NCBI GenBank assembly: GCA_038231435.1
Contig: JBBRLJ010000006.1
Span: forward strand, 1-64,000
DNA from: Planctomycetota bacterium
GTDB taxonomy: Bacteria > Planctomycetota > UBA11346
DNA length: 64,000 nt
Direction of reading: 5' to 3'
This document shows, piece by piece, positions 56,597 to 64,000 of this stretch. Both the position numbers and the translations under genes were made by a program. Below the pieces are notes generated by a model, which saw only the letters and a program-made list of their open reading frames with translations, did no database searches and was not told the origin of the DNA. Position 1 is the stretch's first letter. Each line of letters opens with the position of its first letter.

Positions 56597-56603
56597 CGGC
56601 GGA
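56526..56603 (+). repeat. Family B-related hairpin repeat overlapping the 3' end of the PhyH-family gene
   Basis: Matches 54581-54659. Confidence 0.8.
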
Positions 56604-56672
56604 TGTCGCGCCCCATCCCTCCTTCCTCCCCTCTCCCCTTCACGCGGGCGTGCACGTGGACACCATGCGCGC

Positions 56673-57950
56673 ATGGATACCGCCCCCGCCCAGGCCCTCT
56701 GTCGCTTCATCGATGATTCGCCGAGCCCGGCGCATGCCGCGACCACGTTGTCGCGCGGCCTGGCCGCGGCTGGATTCGCAGAGGTGCAGGCCGAGCGTCC
56801 GGACTGGGGTCTGTCTCCCGGTCGCTACCAGGTGCGCCGGGGCGCGAGCGTGGTCGCGTTCATCGTGCGCGGCAGCGATCCGAACCGGTTCTCGCTCGTC
56901 GGCGCGCACACCGACAGCCCGCACCTGCGCCTGAAGCCGCGGCCCGCCTTCCAGGCCGAAGGCTGCAGCCAGCTCGGGGTCGAGGTCTACGGCGGCGCGC
57001 TCCTGAACTCGTGGCTCGACCGCGATCTCGGCCTTGCCGGCACCGTGCACGGCGCCGACGGCACCGCGCGCCTGGTCTGCATCGACCGCCCGATCGCGCG
57101 CGTCGCGCAGCTGGCGATCCACCTCGACCGCAAGGTCAACGAGGACGGATTGAAGCTGAACCCCCAGACCCAGCTCGCGCCGATCTGGGGCCTCGCGCGC
57201 GCGGGCGGCGATGTCCAGGCGGAGTTCGCGACCCTGCTCGAGAAGGCCAGCGGCATCCCCGCGGCCGAGATCGTCGCCCACGACCTCTCGCTCTTCGATC
57301 TCACCGAGAGCCGTCTCGGCGGCGCGTCGGAGGACCTGATCCTGGCGCCGCGCCTGGACAACCTCGCCTCGTGCCATGCCGGACTGATCGCACTGGTCGC
57401 CGCCGGCGATGGCGAGCCCCGCACCGTGCCGGTGCTCGCCTGCCTCGATCACGAGGAGGTCGGCTCAACCAGCGACCGCGGCGCCGACGGCACCTTCGTG
57501 GGCATGGTGCTCGAACGCATCGCGCTCGAGCTCGGCCTGTCGCGCTCGGCCTTCCTCGCCGCGCTGTCGTCGAGCCTAATGATCTCGGCGGACATGGCGC
57601 ATGCCGCGCATCCGAACTACGCCGACCGCCACGAGCCGCGCCACAAGCCGCTGCTCGGCCACGGCCCGGTGCTCAAGTGCAACCACAACCAGCGCTACGC
57701 CACCTCGGGAGCCAGCGCCGCCGCCCTGCGCACCCTCGCCAGGCGCGCCGAGGTGCCGCTCCAGGACTTCGTCGCCCGCACCGATCTCGGCTGCGGCTCG
57801 ACCATCGGCCCGATCGCCGCCGCGCGCCTGGGCATGTCGGTGGTCGATGTCGGCAACCCGATGCTCTCGATGCATTCGGCCCGGGAATGCGCCGCCACTG
57901 CCGATCACCCGCTGTACATCGCGCTGTTGCGTGCGCACCTGGGCGCCTGA
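56673..57950 (+). CDS. M18 family aminopeptidase
   Basis: GAHTDSP, EVYGG, WLDRDL, RLDN, DHEEVGS, SADMAHA.HPNY, GSTIGP, SMHS.RE. Confidence 0.95.
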   Translation: MDTAPAQALCRFIDDSPSPAHAATTLSRGLAAAGFAEVQAERPDWGLSPGRYQVRRGASVVAFIVRGSDPNRFSLVGAHTDSPHLRLKPRPAFQAEGCSQLGVEVYGGALLNSWLDRDLGLAGTVHGADGTARLVCIDRPIARVAQLAIHLDRKVNEDGLKLNPQTQLAPIWGLARAGGDVQAEFATLLEKASGIPAAEIVAHDLSLFDLTESRLGGASEDLILAPRLDNLASCHAGLIALVAAGDGEPRTVPVLACLDHEEVGSTSDRGADGTFVGMVLERIALELGLSRSAFLAALSSSLMISADMAHAAHPNYADRHEPRHKPLLGHGPVLKCNHNQRYATSGASAAALRTLARRAEVPLQDFVARTDLGCGSTIGPIAAARLGMSVVDVGNPMLSMHSARECAATADHPLYIALLRAHLGA

Positions 57951-58026
57951 GCGCTTCCACCGTACTTCGGCTGTCGCTCTTCCGCCTTCGTCTTCGCGCC
58001 TCCTCGGACCGGCCGCGATGTCCCGA

Positions 58027-59367
58027 TCAGGCGAATTCGTTGTAGATGGCGCGGATGGCGGTGGCGAGATCGTTCTCCTCAATGCCCACGATGATGTTCT
58101 GCTCGCTCGATCCCTGATCGATCATGCGCACGTTGACGCGCGCCTTGGCGAGCGCGGTGAACAGCCGAGCGGCGGTGCCGATCGCGTGATTCATGCCTTG
58201 GCCCACAGTGGCGATCATGGCCATGCCCGGCACCACCTTCACCGTGTCGGGTTTCACCGCGCCAGTGATGTCGTCGACGATGCGGTCGATCTTGCTGATG
58301 CCCTTGGCGTCGATCAGCTGCTTGTCGCTGACCACCACCGACATGGTGTCGATGCCGGTCGGCGTGTGCTCGTACGAGACGCCGAGGCTCTCGAACACGT
58401 CGAGCAGCCGGCGGCCGAAACCGACCTCGGCGTTCATCAGCGCCTTCTCGACGTTGACCACGGTGAAGCCCTTGGTGCCGGCGATGCCGACCACCACCTG
58501 GTGGCCCGCGTCGCGCTCGGCGACGATCATGGTGCCGGGGTCCTCTGGCTTGTTGGTGTTGCGGATGTTGATCGGGATGCCCTTGCCCTGCGAGGGGAAG
58601 TCGCGCACCGGGAACACCGCCTCCTCGTGCAGCACGCTGGCGCCCATGTACGACAGCTCACGCAGCTCGCGGTAGGTGATCTCGGTGATCGGCTTGGCCT
58701 CTGGCACCACGCGCGGATCGGTCATCAGCACACCAGAGACGTCCGTCCAGTTCTCGTAGAGCGCCACCTCGCACGCACGCGCCACGATCGCGCCGGTGAC
58801 GTCGGAGCCGCCGCGGCTGAAGGTCTTGACCTCGCCATCGGGAGACGACCCGTAGAAGCCGGGGATGACGTAATGGTGCGGGCCCGAGCAGCGCGCCTTG
58901 ATGGCCGCGAAGGTCTTCGGGTCGAGGCGGCCCGAGCGGTCGAAGTGCACGACCTCTGCGGCGTCCACGTATTCGGCGCCCAGGAGAGCGGCCAGCACCC
59001 GCCCGTGCAGCGCCTCGCCGCGGCTGGCCGCATAGTCGGGCGTGCAGCCGGCCTGGATCCTGCCGCGTACCTCCTCGAGGGCCGGGGCGAGATCGAGATT
59101 GAGCTTGAGCTCGGAGATGATGGAGGTGAAGCGCGCCGCGATGCCGTCCCACACCTGGCCGATCGGCTGGCGCTTGGCGCCGAGCTGCTGCGCGAGGTAG
59201 AGGAGGTCGGTCACCTTGGTGTCGCCGGATGACGCCTTGCCGGGCGCCGACGGCACGATCAGGCGACGGCCCGGATCGGCCGCGATGATCGCCTTGACCT
59301 TGAGCAGCTGCGCGGCGGTGGCCACCGAGGTGCCGCCGAACTTCGCGACCTTGAGCGCTGCCGCCAT
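58027..59367 (-). CDS. lysC: Aspartate kinase
   Basis: KFGGTS, TFSRGGSDVTG, WTDVSG, ELSYMGASVLH, two ACT domains. Confidence 0.95.
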   Translation of the reverse strand: MAAALKVAKFGGTSVATAAQLLKVKAIIAADPGRRLIVPSAPGKASSGDTKVTDLLYLAQQLGAKRQPIGQVWDGIAARFTSIISELKLNLDLAPALEEVRGRIQAGCTPDYAASRGEALHGRVLAALLGAEYVDAAEVVHFDRSGRLDPKTFAAIKARCSGPHHYVIPGFYGSSPDGEVKTFSRGGSDVTGAIVARACEVALYENWTDVSGVLMTDPRVVPEAKPITEITYRELRELSYMGASVLHEEAVFPVRDFPSQGKGIPINIRNTNKPEDPGTMIVAERDAGHQVVVGIAGTKGFTVVNVEKALMNAEVGFGRRLLDVFESLGVSYEHTPTGIDTMSVVVSDKQLIDAKGISKIDRIVDDITGAVKPDTVKVVPGMAMIATVGQGMNHAIGTAARLFTALAKARVNVRMIDQGSSEQNIIVGIEENDLATAIRAIYNEFA

Positions 59368-59508
59368 GACTCTCCCCGTGCTTTCACCGGCGTCGCCGGA
59401 CGTTCTGCCTGCCGCGTGCTGCCTGCTCGAAGGCGCGGAGGCTAGCGCGCGTGGTGAAAAGGAAATGCCTGGGGCGACTTCGCCGTCGCTTGGCTTGGGC
59501 CGGCTTAC

Positions 59509-60006
59509 CTACCGGTTCAAGAGGTGCACGAAGGCGCTGATGATCACCACCAGGCTGGCGACCACCGCCGCGAAGCCGACCAGCGCCATCGCCACCCACA
59601 CGAAGAAGCCGAGCACGGTAGGCAGGAACCACAGCAGGGGCGAGCGGTGCAGGTAGCACCAGCGGGGATAGTCGCGCAGCCAGCGCGCGATCGGCAGCAG
59701 CACCCACGAGCTGAACATGACCACGACGCAGGCCGCCACGATGCCGATGGCGAAGCGCGTGGTCTTGGGGTCGAGCGTCGGCCGCACCTTGGGGCCGTGG
59801 TCCCAGGTGAAGAACAGGCAGCTCAGGCCGACGATCGGGATGATGTTCACCACCACCAGGAAGCGCAGCCGCTCCCACAGACCGAGCGCCAGCCGTGGCG
59901 GCGAGCCTGATTCATGTCCGGCCGATGTCCGGGCCGATGCCTTGGCGGACCCCCTTGCGGATCCCCCCGCGGAAGTCCCGGTGCTGGTGCGCGCGCGTTC
60001 CGGCAT
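59509..60006 (-). CDS. Hypothetical membrane protein
   Basis: Three hydrophobic segments; fills the gap between hemL and lysC on the same strand. Confidence 0.6.
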   Translation of the reverse strand: MPERARTSTGTSAGGSARGSAKASARTSAGHESGSPPRLALGLWERLRFLVVVNIIPIVGLSCLFFTWDHGPKVRPTLDPKTTRFAIGIVAACVVVMFSSWVLLPIARWLRDYPRWCYLHRSPLLWFLPTVLGFFVWVAMALVGFAAVVASLVVIISAFVHLLNR

Positions 60007-60014
60007 CGCGCTCT

Positions 60015-61352
<1,338 letters not shown>

Positions 61353-61361
61353 GGTTCGGTG

Positions 61362-61943
61362 ATGATCCTGCTCGCCAGCCGGAGTCCGCAACGGGCGCTG
61401 CTGCTCGAACGGGCCGGCCTCGCCTTCGGCGTCGTCGCTTCGAGCGCCGACGAGGAGCTGGTGTCGGCGGCCGATCCCGACGCGCTCGCCCTGGCGCGAG
61501 CCCGCGACAAGGCGCGTCAGGCCCAGGTCGTCGATGGCCTGGCGCTGGGCGCCGACACCGTGGTGGCCCTGGGCGAGCGCGATTTCGGCAAGCCGCGCGA
61601 TCGCGCCGATGCCGAGCGCATCCTCGCGTCGCTCGCGGGCACCACCCATCGCGTCATCACCGGGCACTGGTTTTCGCGCTTCTCCGGAGGCAGGGTGGTG
61701 GGCGAGGCCGGCGAGACCGCCACCACCTGGGTGTCGATGCGCGCGATGAGCCTGGCGCAGATCCGCGCCTACGTGGACACCGGCGAGAGCGACGGCCGCG
61801 CCGGCGCCTATGCCATCCAGGAGAGCGGTGACCGCTTCGTCGAGGATCTCGACGGCGCCTGGGACACGGTGGTCGGCCTGCACCTGCCCGCGGTGGTGCG
61901 CCTGCACCAGCTGGTGGCGGGCAAGCCACCGACACGCGCCTGA
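61362..61943 (+). CDS. maf: Maf family nucleoside triphosphate pyrophosphatase
   Basis: ILLASRSPQR, GADTVV, GKP, AGAYAIQ, VVGL. Confidence 0.93.
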   Translation: MILLASRSPQRALLLERAGLAFGVVASSADEELVSAADPDALALARARDKARQAQVVDGLALGADTVVALGERDFGKPRDRADAERILASLAGTTHRVITGHWFSRFSGGRVVGEAGETATTWVSMRAMSLAQIRAYVDTGESDGRAGAYAIQESGDRFVEDLDGAWDTVVGLHLPAVVRLHQLVAGKPPTRA

Positions 61944-62064
61944 GCACCACCGCTCTGGCCTGGCCGAGCGAACGCCGCCGGTTGAACCCGTCGGCCCCCC
62001 TCGCACCATCCGCGCCGGCGTCGGAGACCCGTCGGTAAGCGGCAGTCAGCGCGGAGGAATGGCC

Positions 62065-63351
62065 ATGGAACGATGTGCGATCGGCCTGATCGGCTGGGGT
62101 ACCGTCGGCACGGGTGTCGTCGACATCCTCGCTCGCGACGCGGCGGTGATCAGCGAACGCTGCGGGCTGGACCTGTACATCAAGACCATCGTCACGCGCT
62201 CACCCGCCCGCCGGCGCGAACAATCGCCCGGCGCGGCCACGGTTACTTCCGATATCCAGGTGCTGCTGCGCGATCCGGAAATCGCCACCGTCATCCACCT
62301 GGTCGGCGGCACCACGGACGCGCGCACCCTCTGCCTGCAGTGCATTTCTGCGGGTAAAAACGTGGTTACCGCCAACAAGGCGATGCTCGCCGAGCATGGC
62401 GACGAGATCTTCGCCGCGGCCGCGGAGCGCGGCGTCGGCATCGCCTTCGAGGCCGCGGTCGCCGGTGGCATCCCGGTGATCGCCGCGCTGCGCGACGGCC
62501 TGGTGGCCAACCGCATCCAGGCGATCTACGCCATCCTCAACGGCACCTGCAACTTCATCCTCACCAAGATGGAGTCGGAGGGAAAGGGCTACCAGGAGGC
62601 CCTGGCCGAGGCGCAGAAGCTCGGCTACGCGGAATCCGATCCCACCCTGGACGTCGACGGCACCGATACCGCCCACAAGCTCGCCCTGCTCGCGCGCATT
62701 GCCTTCAACGCTCGCATCCCCGTAGTCAAGGTGCGGGTCGAGGGCATTCAGAACCTCGGTTTCCTCGACATCCGCTCGGCGAAGACCATGGGCGCGCGCA
62801 TCAAGCTGATCGCCGCCGCTCGGCATCGGCCCGAGGGGCTGGAGCTGCGAGTCGCGCCGACGCTGGTGCCGCTCGACCACCCCCTCGCCGACGTCAGCAA
62901 GAACTACAACGGCATCTACATCGTGGGCGACGCCGCTGGCCCCACCCTGCTGGTCGGGCAGGGCGCTGGCGCGCTGCCCACCGCGAGCGCGGTGCTCGCC
63001 GACGTGGTCGATGTCGCGAGCGGCCGTTACCAGCATACCGCCAGCCGCTTCGCCTTCTTCCGCGGCGGCAAGGACATCAATTTCCTCCCCGAGAGCGAGG
63101 AATACACCGGCAGCTACGCCCGGTTTGCAGTGCCGGACCGTGCTGGCGTGCTAGCGGGCATCAGCAATGTCCTGAGTGCCCATGGCGTCAGCGTGCTGAG
63201 CATCCACCAGGGTGAGCCTGATGAAGCCGGCAGCGCTCTTATAGAGGTAGTAACACACCCCGTCCGCGGCGGGTCCTTTTTGACCGCTGTTGAGGCCATA
63301 GACTCCTCTGGCCTGACCCTCAAGCCCACCGTCACCCTCCGGCGCCTATGA
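62065..63351 (+). CDS. hom: Homoserine dehydrogenase with ACT domain
   Basis: GWGTVG, VVTANK, FEAAVAGGIP, ILNGTCNFIL, GYAESDPTLD, GAGALPTASAV. Confidence 0.96.
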   Translation: MERCAIGLIGWGTVGTGVVDILARDAAVISERCGLDLYIKTIVTRSPARRREQSPGAATVTSDIQVLLRDPEIATVIHLVGGTTDARTLCLQCISAGKNVVTANKAMLAEHGDEIFAAAAERGVGIAFEAAVAGGIPVIAALRDGLVANRIQAIYAILNGTCNFILTKMESEGKGYQEALAEAQKLGYAESDPTLDVDGTDTAHKLALLARIAFNARIPVVKVRVEGIQNLGFLDIRSAKTMGARIKLIAAARHRPEGLELRVAPTLVPLDHPLADVSKNYNGIYIVGDAAGPTLLVGQGAGALPTASAVLADVVDVASGRYQHTASRFAFFRGGKDINFLPESEEYTGSYARFAVPDRAGVLAGISNVLSAHGVSVLSIHQGEPDEAGSALIEVVTHPVRGGSFLTAVEAIDSSGLTLKPTVTLRRL

Positions 63352-63394
63352 TGTTCCACGTGGAACCTTGCGGCTCGTGGTTCCACGTGGAACC
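63352..63394. promoter_or_regulatory. parS: Two parS centromere-like sites
   Basis: TGTTCCACGTGGAACC (63352-63367) and GGTTCCACGTGGAACC (63379-63394), close to the GTTNCACGTGNAAC consensus, directly before parA. Confidence 0.9.
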
Positions 63395-63403
63395 TTCTCG
63401 CCC

Positions 63404-64000
63404 ATGACTCGGGTGGTTGCCGTTTCGAATCAAAAGGGCGGCGTGGGAAAGACCACGTCGGTGGTGAATCTCGCGGGCTATTGCGCGCTGGCAGGCAAGC
63501 GTGTCCTGGTCGTTGACAACGATCCCCAGGGAAACGCCTCAAGCGTACTCGCTCAAGGGCTGGGTGACAAATCCGTCTATAGTGGCCAGGCGCCCATCCA
63601 GTCGCGCATGAGTGGCTTGGCGGTCATTCCGGCGAGTCGGGATTTGAACGAGCGAGAACGCTCTCTGTCTGGAGGGGACGGCCGCCTCTCCCTCCGTCGG
63701 GCTCTCGCCCCCTATGTGGCTAGCTTCGACATCATCTTGATCGATTGCCCTCCAAACCTGTCCTTGTTGCCCATCAATGCCCTGCTCGCGGCTGATCGGC
63801 TGCTGCTGCCCCTCCAGTGCGAGTACTTCGCGATGGAGGGCATGGCTCAGCTCCTGGCCTTCATGGAGGATCTCCGCGACGAACAAACTGCCGCCGTTGA
63901 GCTCCTGGGCATCCTGTTGACCATGCACGACGCCGGACATCCTCTCTGCCGACAGGTCGAGACCGACATCCGCGCGCATTTCGGTGAGAGGACCTTTGCG
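63404..64000 (+). CDS. parA: ParA/Soj ATPase (runs off window)
   Basis: MTRVVAVSNQKGGVGKTT, DNDPQGNAS, IDCPP, PLQCEYFAMEG; not in ORF track because no stop in window. Confidence 0.95.
   Translation, partial: MTRVVAVSNQKGGVGKTTSVVNLAGYCALAGKRVLVVDNDPQGNASSVLAQGLGDKSVYSGQAPIQSRMSGLAVIPASRDLNERERSLSGGDGRLSLRRALAPYVASFDIILIDCPPNLSLLPINALLAADRLLLPLQCEYFAMEGMAQLLAFMEDLRDEQTAAVELLGILLTMHDAGHPLCRQVETDIRAHFGERTFA

Noticed and set aside
59368..59508. Lysine riboswitch upstream of lysC
   Set aside because: Leader too short and lacks recognisable L-box elements

Overview
High-GC chromosomal segment of a diderm bacterium. The bamA-skp-lpxD-lpxC/fabZ cluster and the PVC-style minor pilin cluster suggest a Planctomycetota/PVC-like lineage (inference). 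Two parS sites and the 5' part of parA at the right edge suggest the window is near oriC. Housekeeping genes: hisB, dprA, aroB, oligopeptidase A, thrS, ybaB, yqgE, astBDA, proC, slyD, mutL, M18 aminopeptidase, lysC, hemL, maf, hom. Accessory content: two coupled diguanylate cyclases, a GH3/hydrolase pair, a block with atypical codon usage (antiporter, MarR, ClC-CBS, DUF5985 module), a minor pilin/adhesin cluster and the right end of an ISL3 element. No rRNA, tRNA or CRISPR array was seen. Most unusual signals: (1) a dispersed, covarying multi-hairpin repeat family (CTTTGTCG...TCGGCG core, GNA-triloop hairpins) that brackets cargo genes as inverted pairs and is hit by ISL3; (2) G-rich then C-rich inverted 7/8-mer tandem-repeat sites, one carrying a four-helix-bundle gene between inverted hairpins, with C depletion extending into the neighbouring gene; (3) a type IV prepilin whose cleavage site follows a 187-aa leader that looks like a separate exported, membrane-anchored protein; (4) a Thr-rich uORF before thrS; (5) a recurring leaderless-mRNA promoter signature. 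Start codons were chosen by eye and are estimates.
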